Shown: positions 10,401-19,545, numbered from the stretch's first letter. The stretch is 64,000 nt of DNA from Candidatus Thorarchaeota archaeon (GCA_020348985.1 CP070761.1:1317647-1381646), one strand, 5' to 3'. Notes: generated by a model from the sequence alone, not told the origin. Numbers and translations are program-made.

Positions 10401-11008
10401 TGGGACTTGTCAACCTGAAATCAATTGCTGATTACGAAATAGAGCGTGAGAAGTACGACGAAATAGTGGACAAGAAGAGGCGATTAGAAGACGAACACAA
10501 GGAGATTCTTGCATTCATGGAAGAAATTGAGGCTGAGAAAACGCGTAAGTTCCTGCAAGTATACAACGACATTGCAGACAACTTCTCGTCTGTCTTTGCG
10601 AAGCTATCCCCCGGAGGTGAAGCCAGCCTTATGCTTGAGAATCCGGAACATCCTTTGATGGGAGGCATAACGGTGCGGTCAAAGCCTCGCGGCAAGGATC
10701 TGGTCACGCTGGATGCAATGAGCGGCGGCGAGAAAACACTGACCGGCCTCGCACTGATCTTTGCTATCCAATTATACAGTCCGGCCAGCTTCTACGTATT
10801 CGATGAGATTGACGCCGCGCTAGATGATGTCAATGCCCACAACGTAGCTCTGTTGATCTCTGAAATGGCGAAATCGTCACAATTCGTAGTTGTGTCTTTG
10901 AGAGATACAACAGTTAGAAAGGCAGACTTGCTGATTGGCGTATCTAACCAAGATGGAATTTCAAGAATCGTTTCCGTGGACCTAGAGGAGGTGGGAGCTA
11001 CCGCATGA
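7418..11008 (+). CDS. smc: Chromosome segregation protein SMC
   Basis: GFKSF, Walker A GPNGSGKSN, VLQG Q-loop, long coiled coils, hinge (SGLITGG), MSGGE signature, DEIDAALD. Confidence 0.98.
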   Translation: MVFIDKLVCKGFKSFGRETVTIRLNPGFTCIVGPNGSGKSNVVDAVLFVLGQLSAKTLRANVFSDLLYSPPKPDMPPRAKAASVELHFNNTDRKLQIEADKVVIERELDESGKSVCRINGKTVTRTQVLEVLGSIGVDPNGYNLVLQGEIAQIVKVSPNDRRKLIEEIAGISAYDEQKERAMKKLAESEANLGKVDMQLQERRRQLERLELERTDALRYNSIQDQIRQIKIDNTAWNLIKQKRRIEAIDHTLQQRAVEAENLQNQTKEIEKGILESEAEIEDIDAEVDRIAGADAKLVSEQYGLVSAAQDHAAADLDRAKSEFDRTWQERESLEGELRSVKDEIEQSEQQIEEQEKKLSRLDVEIEETSKEVARLESRLENEQSSLLEATHRLQDLNKQMAALDEGVSEVRSALKSDRRELGLVYEELQDTEEGLRKTLAELEELDDIYPAKRTKLEEAEETEKAKRAELYDIEERLKTVDAEVRESSKVVGSARDELIRLEARKEALREAEEAFLKRRRAIAKVLELRDSGTVAGILGTVAELGTINPDYAVALEVAAGNRLSHIVVEDEHVATECVNTLKRERVGRSSFIPLSKIKTRAPGKPVKEEGVVGYALDLVSFDSKVRPAFEFVFTDTVVTEDFESAKRLGFKGRRAVSLDGDLVERSGLITGGHYQRVATGLSLQEEDRSPDVAERLGGLEEILESLKTQQEDLRKQKSVLDRELQDLSKKNYRDRMDLERIEESLEEKKTRVVTLEEKLESSKALTKALEQQISELQERDTELTAHREDVRSRRDGVNETLVKSDVANITQEGKDLKEILEHYKRERETLLGEITGLRVGLDERLRPRMDDLDGRLKKFNDLLPTLEKDVKDLEGRLAEKQKQFEDLKLERERIDGAVKDKRVYQLELKEKLRNLRLELEETRENQTNNEKAVYRLTSERGRLETDSVALFAELDSFCEAQEEVSKREQKEEPTRREIDNMDEKILELQRELEAMGLVNLKSIADYEIEREKYDEIVDKKRRLEDEHKEILAFMEEIEAEKTRKFLQVYNDIADNFSSVFAKLSPGGEASLMLENPEHPLMGGITVRSKPRGKDLVTLDAMSGGEKTLTGLALIFAIQLYSPASFYVFDEIDAALDDVNAHNVALLISEMAKSSQFVVVSLRDTTVRKADLLIGVSNQDGISRIVSVDLEEVGATA

Positions 11009-11721
11009 GTGATGAAGAAGGCTCGCCTTTCTGGGCAGGACCTCCATATATTCTCCTGACTGATGTTCTTCAACTTGACAAGGTGAAACCATGGAATGTC
11101 GATGTTGGGAAGCTTGTCGCAGGCTTCCTTCGTGAAATGAGACGGCTGGGAGACATTGATTTCAGAATATCGGGAAATGCACTCTATTCCGCCTCAGTGA
11201 TTTTCATGAAAAAGACAAGGGAACTTGTCGAGCTGGGTCTATTACCCCCTGAGGAAGATGATGAGGACGAGGAACTAGAGATTCCTCTGATTAGGCCTCC
11301 CTTTAGAGTCACGAATCAACGCGTAACGCTTCAAGAACTACTAATCGCAATGGACAGAGTGTTGAGCAAGGGTGTAAGAAGACGTTCACCACCCACGAAA
11401 AGGAGACTAAGAGGTAGAGCGGACCCGTTGGCCTTCAAGATGGATTCTGCGAGAGCCAACGTTGAGGAGAATATTGCTCAGGTATACGGAGACCTTTGTG
11501 AGATAATGGAGATTGATGAAGTTGTCAAGTTTGTAGATATTCTTGTGAATAACAGCAGGATTGAGATTGTTAGAGTGCTCTTTGCACTCCTTCATCTTTT
11601 CGCACGCTCCTACATCGATATATGGATGGATGAGAGTGAGGAGATCTGGGTACAGCTTCTAAGCCCTCCACCGGAAGAAGATTCTGAAGAAGTCATAGAG
11701 CAGCAGGTCAGCCAGAGGTGA
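11005..11721 (+). CDS. scpA: Kleisin ScpA
   Basis: KPWNVDV and DFRISGNALYSAS N-terminal kleisin motifs, C-terminal FALLHL winged helix; overlaps the smc stop codon. Confidence 0.92.
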   Translation: MSDEEGSPFWAGPPYILLTDVLQLDKVKPWNVDVGKLVAGFLREMRRLGDIDFRISGNALYSASVIFMKKTRELVELGLLPPEEDDEDEELEIPLIRPPFRVTNQRVTLQELLIAMDRVLSKGVRRRSPPTKRRLRGRADPLAFKMDSARANVEENIAQVYGDLCEIMEIDEVVKFVDILVNNSRIEIVRVLFALLHLFARSYIDIWMDESEEIWVQLLSPPPEEDSEEVIEQQVSQR

Positions 11722-12281
11722 TTCCTGTGGAAGAAGACTTGGTCACTTTGGAGGCGGCATTATATGTCTCAGGTAGGCCCCTAACGATTGAGGAGCTAGC
11801 CGCGCTAATCGGAAAAGGGCAGTCTTCGACCAAGAAAATGCTTGAGGAGCTTGGTTTTGAGTATCGGAAGCGTGGCGGAGCACTCGAGGTGGTCGAGCTG
11901 CCGAGAGAAAGATATGTACTGCAACTTGTCCCGGAACTCACACCTCGTGTGAGCCGACTAATCCCCGGAGGTCTTCTGTCCTTTGCAACCCTTCAAACAT
12001 TGGTATACGTTGCCTTGAAACAGCCGATTCTCCAATCAGATGTAGTGGCCCAGCGAGGAACACATTGCTACGACCACATAAAGGAGCTAATGGAGAAGAA
12101 GTTCGTAGTAGCGACACCAGAAGGAAGGAGCAAGCTTCTTAGAACAACTCCACTCTTCGCAGATTACTTTGGACTCGACCCTGATATGGTTAAGATGAAG
12201 GCTCAGCTCAAGTTCAAGATGCGAAGAATGGTTGAAGATCAACAGATGACTGAAGAGCCTTCAAGTCCTGATATGCTCTAG
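11718..12281 (+). CDS. scpB: SMC-Scp complex subunit ScpB (KITE)
   Basis: LEAALYVSGRPL, QPI...RG, TTPLFADYFGL; coupled to scpA. Confidence 0.95.
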   Translation: MIPVEEDLVTLEAALYVSGRPLTIEELAALIGKGQSSTKKMLEELGFEYRKRGGALEVVELPRERYVLQLVPELTPRVSRLIPGGLLSFATLQTLVYVALKQPILQSDVVAQRGTHCYDHIKELMEKKFVVATPEGRSKLLRTTPLFADYFGLDPDMVKMKAQLKFKMRRMVEDQQMTEEPSSPDML

Positions 12282-13291
12282 CAGACTCTTGGAATCGGCT
12301 CCCCGTAGGGCACCTGGATTATCTTTCGTCCACCCACTGCAGTCTTCATCACAACTCGTGTCTTACCCTCTCGGAGTTTCCCAATGACTTTCGCATCCCT
12401 GGTTTGTGGGGCTCTTCCGAGAGCAGCAAGGATACCCTTGGTTGAGGATGGATCAACAGCCATCAAAGCAGTACCCTCACAGCTCATATGAAGTGGATTC
12501 AAACCGAGGATTTCGCATAGTGAATTCACAGCTTTACGTACTGGAATGAGATTCTCGTCTATCTCCATTTCGAGTCCTGACTTTGAGGCGATCTCGTTCA
12601 GTGCGACAGCAGTTCCACCACGAGTAGGATCCTTCATTGCATGGACGCCACCAACATCAAGACACTCCTTGATTGGACTCCATAGAGGGGCAACGTCACT
12701 AACAAGGTCTGTCTTGAACTTCAGACCCTCCCGATGGGCGAGAAGCGCTGTGCCGTGGTCTCCTATTGGACCAGTTATGATCACATCGTCCCCTGCTTTG
12801 GCACCGCCATCTGTGATGGGTTCATCGAGATAACAGATGCCGATACCAGTTGTGGACATTATGAGCCCATCGAGTGTGCCCTTTGGCATGACTTTCGTAT
12901 CACCCGCGATCATTGCCACTCCCAAAGGCTCTATGATTTCATTGAGAGACGTCAGAACTTTCTTCAGTTCCGCTATCTCAAATCCCTCTTCAACTATCAC
13001 TGTGTTTGTCATAGCAAGTGGTTTTGCGCCCATTACAGCAAGATCATTGATTGTTCCGCAGGCTGCGAGAGTTCCAAGATCACCACCTGGGAAGAATACG
13101 GGATGTATTGTGTGCGCATCTGTGCATACTAGCAAATCTATGTCTTCAGTCTGGATAGTGGCGCCATCGTCCATCTCTTCGAGACCTATGGTACCAATCT
13201 TCTTTCGACCAAATGAGGGGATTATGACTCCCTCAAGCAGACGCTGCATTACTCTTCCACCAGCACCATGTGCCGATTCAATCTGGGTCAT
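12278..13291 (-). CDS. hypE: Hydrogenase maturation protein HypE
   Basis: AHGAGG, GDTKV, DPTRGG and C-terminal PRVC; ATG at 13291. Confidence 0.97.
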   Translation of the reverse strand: MTQIESAHGAGGRVMQRLLEGVIIPSFGRKKIGTIGLEEMDDGATIQTEDIDLLVCTDAHTIHPVFFPGGDLGTLAACGTINDLAVMGAKPLAMTNTVIVEEGFEIAELKKVLTSLNEIIEPLGVAMIAGDTKVMPKGTLDGLIMSTTGIGICYLDEPITDGGAKAGDDVIITGPIGDHGTALLAHREGLKFKTDLVSDVAPLWSPIKECLDVGGVHAMKDPTRGGTAVALNEIASKSGLEMEIDENLIPVRKAVNSLCEILGLNPLHMSCEGTALMAVDPSSTKGILAALGRAPQTRDAKVIGKLREGKTRVVMKTAVGGRKIIQVPYGEPIPRVC

Positions 13292-13442
13292 TGAGATTCC
13301 TCCGACAACCTGAGAGCAGGACAATCATCTATCTTTATGAACGAGGCGGTGACCAATAGTCCAATGCTGCCGGTAGCCACGAAGCAACATTTAAAACAAC
13401 ACTTCGGAGTGCGTCAGTGACCCTTACTAGAGGTAGTCAGAA

Positions 13443-13820
13443 ATGGGCGTATGGCATCGACGTTCTGGACGAATATCCACAGGAGCTAGACGGAAGCGTT
13501 TCATGAGCAAGAGAAAGCATGAGATGGGCAGAACTCCGACAGAGACCCTGATGGGAGAACCTAAGCGTAGAATAATCGATAGTAGGGGAATAAGGAAGAA
13601 AACGCCCGCATTGGCCTTGATACAGGTCAACGTTACGGATCCGAAGAAGAACGAAACCGTCAGGGCAGAGCTCGAGGATGTTGAAGAAAACTCTGCGAAC
13701 ATGGACTACCAGCGCCGAAAGGTCATTACAAGAGGAACAATAATCAGGACCTCAAAGGGCAGAGCTCGAGTCACAAGCAGACCAGGTCAAGATGGTATTC
13801 TGAACGCCGTTTTAATTTGA
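13443..13820 (+). CDS. rps8e: 30S ribosomal protein S8e
   Basis: RKHEMGR, RRKVITRGTII, SRPGQDG. Confidence 0.98.
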   Translation: MGVWHRRSGRISTGARRKRFMSKRKHEMGRTPTETLMGEPKRRIIDSRGIRKKTPALALIQVNVTDPKKNETVRAELEDVEENSANMDYQRRKVITRGTIIRTSKGRARVTSRPGQDGILNAVLI

Positions 13821-14207
13821 TTGTCCGGGAGCAATCTCGACCTCAATGTTGGTTATTACAAAATCCTTGCCGCCAGTTATGTCGGTGGCACTGCTTCCAC
13901 ATTCAGAGCATTTCATCGGAGAGAACATAGCAATCTGTGGAGCTATTTCTGTATCCACCTTCGTCTCACCCTCATGTCCACACTTTTGACATTTAACTCT
14001 CCCCTGAACTGTGGTTATGTTCAGACTTGCCCCCTCCATAATTGTGTCTCTGCTAGCAATCTCAAAGTTGAATTCAAGCTGTTCTGGTACAAGGAAAGTG
14101 AACTCGCCAACCTCAACATTGACCGCTGTGATTCTCTTCACTCTATGGCCTTTGGCCCCCTCAAGGGCTGCTTCGACGATTGAACAAGCGGCTGAGAACT
14201 CGTGCAT
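13812..14207 (-). CDS. hypA: Hydrogenase nickel metallochaperone HypA
   Basis: MHE N-terminus, two CxxC motifs, GGKDFVITNIEVE. Confidence 0.96.
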   Translation of the reverse strand: MHEFSAACSIVEAALEGAKGHRVKRITAVNVEVGEFTFLVPEQLEFNFEIASRDTIMEGASLNITTVQGRVKCQKCGHEGETKVDTEIAPQIAMFSPMKCSECGSSATDITGGKDFVITNIEVEIAPGQSN

Positions 14208-14342
14208 GAGACACCGTCCTATGCGGCCAACAATAGCCGCTGTTAAGTTGTTTTTGTTCTGTCCGCCTTCTTTAAGACCACTTATTAGAAAGAGTTGGGT
14301 CTGGCACTGTGGCCAACCACAGGGATTCCGGGAGGTAGCGTA

Positions 14343-14972
14343 GTGTCAAAGTCTTCGAAGAGAAGTGGAAAGAAAACAGTGAGCAAGGCAGCGAAAGCTT
14401 CTTCGAAGAAACCTAAGAAAACATCAGCGATGACCACCAAGAAGGCAGACACCAAGGCCAAGGAACCAGCAAAGAAGCCAAGCAAACCGAAGAAAGCAAC
14501 TCCCAAGAAGCCCAAGAAGAAGAAGGTCGCTAAGAAGAGTACACAAATGAAGGTGGCGAAGAAGAAAACCCCTCCGAAGAAAAAGGCGGCCAAGAAAGAG
14601 GTAAGCGAAATTGATGACTTGTTGGTTGAGCTGCAGAGTGATGATGAGCAGGTCGTATTAGGAGCGGTAGATAGACTCGGAGAAGTTGATGATCCCAATG
14701 CAACAGGCCACCTGATAGCCTGTCTGAGGGACACAAGACATATTGTTAGACTCTATGCAGCAGTTCAGCTCGGTGAACGACAAGACCAGAAAGCTGTGGA
14801 TTCGTTGATTGAGGCTCTAGGTGACAGCTCACTTTTCGTGAGACAGACAGTTGCAGGGGCATTGGAGAACATCGGTAGTAAGAAAGCTCTCAAGGCTATC
14901 GAAAAAGCTGAGAGTGAGGGACTCTTGCTTGACGAACTTCCAGAAGGGATTCGACTGCGTCAGCGCCCTTGA
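14343..14972 (+). CDS. Lys/Ala/Pro-rich (histone H1 tail-like) N-terminus fused to HEAT (PBS-lyase type) repeats
   Basis: About 85-aa tract at roughly 40% Lys, then three LxD...VR..AA..LG repeats; GTG start after GGAGG. Confidence 0.85.
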   Translation: MSKSSKRSGKKTVSKAAKASSKKPKKTSAMTTKKADTKAKEPAKKPSKPKKATPKKPKKKKVAKKSTQMKVAKKKTPPKKKAAKKEVSEIDDLLVELQSDDEQVVLGAVDRLGEVDDPNATGHLIACLRDTRHIVRLYAAVQLGERQDQKAVDSLIEALGDSSLFVRQTVAGALENIGSKKALKAIEKAESEGLLLDELPEGIRLRQRP

Positions 14973-15048
14973 GAGCTGTATGTGCAACAACTGCTTATAT
15001 TGCAGGCTGCGTTCAGCAAACTACCAATCGCTGGAGACTGGACATAGT

Positions 15049-15579
15049 ATGGGCGATGAAATCGGAGAGGTCGAAGCCGCCATTAAGGATCTTGACTTGG
15101 ATTACATGCGTGGATTGGTTTCTGAGGATGAGTATCAGCTGAGAATGGCTCAGCTTAGATCGAAGCTTGAAGCGGTTGGTGGCAAAGTCGAGGTTTTGTC
15201 CTCAGTGGCGGATTCGTCGAGCACAGCGGGTGGGGAGACCATCGCTGGACAGCCTTCCAAGGCCGCAATGACTGACCCAGTCACAGCCGTCAAGAACGTG
15301 ATTCACGCCTTTCGGAGAATTCCGATTGAAAGAATCTCCCAAGAGTCTGGAGTCAATGCGCCGTATGTAGCGAAAATTCTTAGTGATCTATTGGATGGTC
15401 GCGAACTCTCTGGTCATGTTGATCATGACGCCGGGGATTTCATCCTTGGAACTGGCACGGGTCCAGCACCAAAGTCGATTTCGGCCTGTCCATACTGCAA
15501 AAATGAACAGAAACGCGTTGCAGTCAGAGGTGAGACTGTTACATGCGGCGTGTGCAAGGAATCGTTTATTGTCACCTAA
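15049..15579 (+). CDS. SHOCT-like + PCI/winged-helix-like + zinc-ribbon protein
   Basis: GLVSEDEYQ (SHOCT-like); FRRIPIERIS...ILSDLLDGRELSGHVD (PCI C-terminal winged-helix pattern); CPYC/CGVC. Confidence 0.7.
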   Translation: MGDEIGEVEAAIKDLDLDYMRGLVSEDEYQLRMAQLRSKLEAVGGKVEVLSSVADSSSTAGGETIAGQPSKAAMTDPVTAVKNVIHAFRRIPIERISQESGVNAPYVAKILSDLLDGRELSGHVDHDAGDFILGTGTGPAPKSISACPYCKNEQKRVAVRGETVTCGVCKESFIVT

Positions 15580-15653
15580 TACAGACCGATTATCAAGAGA
15601 TATATCGAAGTGAGCTACCTTTTGGTGCCAAGATAGGCATGGTGGTTCTTTAG

Positions 15654-16913
15654 GTGGACCTTCTCAAGGCATGTCTCAATCATGATGGGGCCGCAGCTTC
15701 GGAAACAGTTGCAGAAATGGTAGCCAATGCTCAGCCATCGGCAACATGGGCGGTCTTGATGCATGCGGCTGCTTGGAATGAACAACGCGAGTTTGATACT
15801 CCACATTCCACAATTCTCACGTTCTCCATACATCGAATGATTGAGGACTTAGGTCAAAATGCAAGAATCCTGAATGGTGAAACTGGATCAGGACTGAATG
15901 CACTGCCAAGGAAATTCAGGGAATCACTTCAGTCAACTCTAATCGAACGTTTGGCATACCATTTGGCCGACGTGGATCACTGGGTAACAGAAGCAGGTCC
16001 CAGATATGACATTGATATTCCAATGGACTCTCTGGACAATGCACTTGGACGGTACACTGGCGCTATAAGAGAACGGAGACAGATTCGAGCTGCAGAATCG
16101 GCGCTCAGGCTCGCTTCGAGGGAGAATCCGATCAGACTTCTGCGCTCGACGGCATCCATGGCAGCAGAAGAGCCGGACAAACTCGGTCATGCCTTCATAA
16201 TGCCTCTTTCTCTGCTCTTGGAACTTCCTCAGTCTCGGTTTACTCGTCCTATTCAGGCATCCATATGGCATCTTACGGAGTACCTGGTGAGGAAGATTCC
16301 TCGCAAACGAGAGAAAGAATTCGTCGTAGATGAGAGAATGGACCAGATGGCTGAACCAACAGACCTTTCGGCACACAAAGTCCATTTCATGAACTCAATA
16401 GTGCAGTATGGCATCCTAGGTCACAATGGGATATTCGCTCACAGGATTGCAGAAGCAGCGGAACAGGGAATCGTGAATAGCAGCACAGTTGAGTGGCTGC
16501 TGAGCATGCTGAAACGCAATATAGGTGAAAAGAGAAGTCAGAAGCAATTGGATGCAAGGAAACTCTCAGTGAGCGAGAACGGAACTGATTGGAAAGAGAT
16601 ACCGAGCAGAATCGATTTGCCACATTCTGATGACGTCCGGGAATGGCTTGATGTTTCGGAGTATTGGGGTGCAATGATGAACCTGGAGTCGAATGTCTTT
16701 GAGCAATTGGTCCCTAGCATTGATGAATCAGAGTGGCCTGTGATCCGTGCAGCCCAGTACGCAATGGCGTCTATTAACGGCGAGCCAAGAGCCTCTCATG
16801 TTATGCTTTTCACCCATGCTGCGTGGTCGTTGGCAGACAAGGGACTGGTGCCACAATCACTTGCTGCATTGCAGGTCCACAGAATGCTTAGACAGTATCT
16901 CGAGAGGCGATGA
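15654..16913 (+). CDS. Hypothetical all-helical protein with repeated His motifs
   Basis: 419-aa ORF; four spaced motifs PHSTI, GHAFI, GHNGI, SHVML. Confidence 0.75.
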   Translation: MDLLKACLNHDGAAASETVAEMVANAQPSATWAVLMHAAAWNEQREFDTPHSTILTFSIHRMIEDLGQNARILNGETGSGLNALPRKFRESLQSTLIERLAYHLADVDHWVTEAGPRYDIDIPMDSLDNALGRYTGAIRERRQIRAAESALRLASRENPIRLLRSTASMAAEEPDKLGHAFIMPLSLLLELPQSRFTRPIQASIWHLTEYLVRKIPRKREKEFVVDERMDQMAEPTDLSAHKVHFMNSIVQYGILGHNGIFAHRIAEAAEQGIVNSSTVEWLLSMLKRNIGEKRSQKQLDARKLSVSENGTDWKEIPSRIDLPHSDDVREWLDVSEYWGAMMNLESNVFEQLVPSIDESEWPVIRAAQYAMASINGEPRASHVMLFTHAAWSLADKGLVPQSLAALQVHRMLRQYLERR

Positions 16914-16914
16914 C

Positions 16915-17460
16915 TTACTCGAACTTCTCGTACCTCAGCACGTTTTCATCCTGTGAAATGAATCGGAATAAGCCAGATGCAGCCACAGTATTCTTGCAGT
17001 CTTCAGGTGAAACATGGTCTATAAGGAAGACAAGCTTTCCGGAAGGCTTCAGGACCCTGTGCATCTCTGCGATCAACTCCTCCTTGTCTGGCACCCATGT
17101 ATAGACATCGATAAGAAGAGTGAAATCAAGATGCTCGTTTGGTAGGCCAGTCTCTAAACCAGATAGAATGGTCTCTACGTTCGTAATTCCAGTTTTCTTC
17201 GTTCTTTTACGAACTCGTTCAAGGGCCAAAGGATGGATATCCAAAGCATAGACAGTCCCGCCTTCGCCCACAAGCTCGGCCACCGGCATTGTGTAGCTTC
17301 CTATTCCACATCCGTAGTCCAAGACTCTGTGTCCTTCTTTGATTCCAAGATTCTTAGCAAACTCCTGAGGCTTCCTGAAACGTTCACGAGCTCGCAGGTA
17401 CAGTGCCATTATTCTGTAGCTTGTGTTTGACATTGTTCGTTGCTCTGTGTGTGTGGTCAT
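16915..17460 (-). CDS. Class I SAM-dependent methyltransferase
   Basis: VLDYGCGIG, VYALDI, RVLKPSG. Confidence 0.93.
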   Translation of the reverse strand: MTTHTEQRTMSNTSYRIMALYLRARERFRKPQEFAKNLGIKEGHRVLDYGCGIGSYTMPVAELVGEGGTVYALDIHPLALERVRKRTKKTGITNVETILSGLETGLPNEHLDFTLLIDVYTWVPDKEELIAEMHRVLKPSGKLVFLIDHVSPEDCKNTVAASGLFRFISQDENVLRYEKFE

Positions 17461-17474
17461 GATCTAGTCACCTA

Positions 17475-17542
17475 TACTTCAGAATGTAAAGTATTTAAAC
17501 TTCCAAGAGTGAAGCAATGAAGGAACTTCAGTCAAGTGAAGT
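17475..17542. promoter_or_regulatory. Three imperfect palindromic operators around a TATA box; likely HxlR-family binding sites
   Basis: ACTTC-N7/8-(G/A)AAG(T/C) at 17476, 17499 and 17525, with TATTTAAA at 17492 between the divergent genes. Confidence 0.6.
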
Positions 17543-17557
17543 AATGGGTGACAGCTC

Positions 17558-17947
17558 TTGGCTCAATCAAATCAACAGGAAGAATTCGACGTTCGCTATT
17601 GCAGACATGATCAGACAATCCTTTGCGATGACAGATGCTTCTACCGCAGGATACTGGCAGTTATTGGTAAGAAGTATACTCTGAACATACTCCGGATTCT
17701 GGTCCGAGTCGAATCGGCCAGGTTCAGTACACTCGCCAAGGGAGTTGGTGGCAGTCCCAAGACTCTTACAGATCGGCTCAACGAGTTGGTAGACCTTGGT
17801 ATTCTGAATAGAGAGGCCTATGCAGAGATTCCCCCGAGGGTTGAGTATTCCCTGAATGATATGGGAAGAGACCTTGCACCCGTTCTAGATGCCATCAGAG
17901 ATTGGACGTTGAAATGGTGGTCTCACCATATGCCCCCACAAGGATAG
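17558..17947 (+). CDS. HxlR-family winged-helix transcriptional regulator
   Basis: IGKKY, SPKTLTDRL, PPRVEYSL; Cys-rich N-terminus. Confidence 0.93.
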   Translation: MAQSNQQEEFDVRYCRHDQTILCDDRCFYRRILAVIGKKYTLNILRILVRVESARFSTLAKGVGGSPKTLTDRLNELVDLGILNREAYAEIPPRVEYSLNDMGRDLAPVLDAIRDWTLKWWSHHMPPQG

Positions 17948-17973
17948 GTAGTACTGAAGCTGAGATGCAGATA

Positions 17974-19533
17974 CTACTTGTCACCCTTTCTATAGGACTC
18001 GGCCAACAGGTCAGGTATGTATCGCGTTTCTATTTCTGACCCTTCCAGGATGTCACTAATCTGGATAGTACAGAATGGACATTCAGTAGTAATCATAGAG
18101 GCGCCAGTTGCCTCGATGTACTCTCTCTTGGTAGTTGCTATCTTCTGAGAAAGTTCACGCTTCCCGGCGCGAACTCCACCTCCAGCACCACAACAACGAT
18201 TCCTGTATGGATCCTCAATATACTCTACACCAGGAATCATCTTCAGAAGCTCTACAGGTTGGTCAACAACGCCCTGACCTCTACCAAGATGGCATGGTTC
18301 ATGGTAGGTGATTTTGAGCTTTATCTCACCTTTTGGCAGAACCAGGTTCTCCTTGCCTATGACATCAAGCATGTATTCTGCTAGGTCATGCACCTTGAAC
18401 TTGGGCGGCTCTCCACGCTTTTCAGTAATGACTGGACGGTGATCCTCGCGAAGTGTCTTTCCACAGCCAGCACATGCTACGACCACAGTATCGAAACCAT
18501 GTTTATCCATAGCATTCTCGAATATCTCGGTAACTCTTTCGACTGCAGCATGAGCCGTGTGCAAATCACCTGTTCTGAAAGCAGGACTAGCACAACACCA
18601 TTGCTCCTTTGGTACTATAACATCGACGCCATTGCGGTTCAAAACCTCGATGAGCGCCTTCCCAGTGTTCTGCATTCTGTAGTCAATCAAACACCCGGTG
18701 AAGAAGCCAACTCGTCCACGGGAATTCTCGACCGTGAATTCCTCGGTCTCTAATGCCTTCAGCAGTGGTGCGTCCTTCTCAGGAACTGCTCTCCCGGTGG
18801 CATTTATCTGGTCGATAAAGCCTTGTTGCCCCTCGGCCAATGGATAGCCAGCCTCAACAGCCTTCGCACGTAGAAGCTCAACTGCCAGTGCTGGGACATC
18901 GATTTTCTTCGGGCAGATGTCAGTGCACATCTTACACGTCGTACAGCTGTAGACCGATTCGTCTATTGCCATCCCTACACGGTCTTCGACGTCTCTCGGG
19001 TCGAGTTCCAGACGGGCAATCTGTCTGATAATCATTGGTCCAGGATACTCCCAGGTTTCATGGACAATCGGGCAGTTGGACAGACACGCGGCACATTCAA
19101 TGCACTTGCGAATCTCACGAACCTTCTCTATTTCCTCAGCATGAATGATTTCGGGTCTCTCAGGCTTCTTGTCACGCGCAACATAGGGCCGGATTCGTCG
19201 AATCCGATACTCGGTCTGAGCCATATCGACCACAAGGTCTTTGATAATTGGCATCTTATCCAATGGTTCTAGAACTAGTGACTCCTCTGGATCTACCTTG
19301 GTTCGGCAGGCTATTCTTGCGGTTCCGTTCACCTTCACTGCACAAGACCCGCATTGACCACCTCGGCACTCCCATCGGAAAGCAAGACTGGAATCAAACT
19401 TGTCTTGAACATAGAGTAAGGCGTCTAATACTGTCATTCCTACTTCGTATTCAACTTCAAAGTCTTGGAGGTATGGAGCATCGTCGTTGTCAGGGTTGTA
19501 TCGCTGCACACTTGTTTTGATTGTCTCAGCCAT
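17974..19533 (-). CDS. tfrB: Thiol:fumarate reductase subunit B (SdhB-like Fe-S domain + two CCG domains)
   Basis: CRGGQCGSC [2Fe-2S]; two CxxCxxCxxxCP motifs; WCCAS, YHEPCHL and CCGAGGG CCG motifs. Confidence 0.9.
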   Translation of the reverse strand: MAETIKTSVQRYNPDNDDAPYLQDFEVEYEVGMTVLDALLYVQDKFDSSLAFRWECRGGQCGSCAVKVNGTARIACRTKVDPEESLVLEPLDKMPIIKDLVVDMAQTEYRIRRIRPYVARDKKPERPEIIHAEEIEKVREIRKCIECAACLSNCPIVHETWEYPGPMIIRQIARLELDPRDVEDRVGMAIDESVYSCTTCKMCTDICPKKIDVPALAVELLRAKAVEAGYPLAEGQQGFIDQINATGRAVPEKDAPLLKALETEEFTVENSRGRVGFFTGCLIDYRMQNTGKALIEVLNRNGVDVIVPKEQWCCASPAFRTGDLHTAHAAVERVTEIFENAMDKHGFDTVVVACAGCGKTLREDHRPVITEKRGEPPKFKVHDLAEYMLDVIGKENLVLPKGEIKLKITYHEPCHLGRGQGVVDQPVELLKMIPGVEYIEDPYRNRCCGAGGGVRAGKRELSQKIATTKREYIEATGASMITTECPFCTIQISDILEGSEIETRYIPDLLAESYRKGDK

Positions 19534-19545
19534 CTTCTTGCCTCC

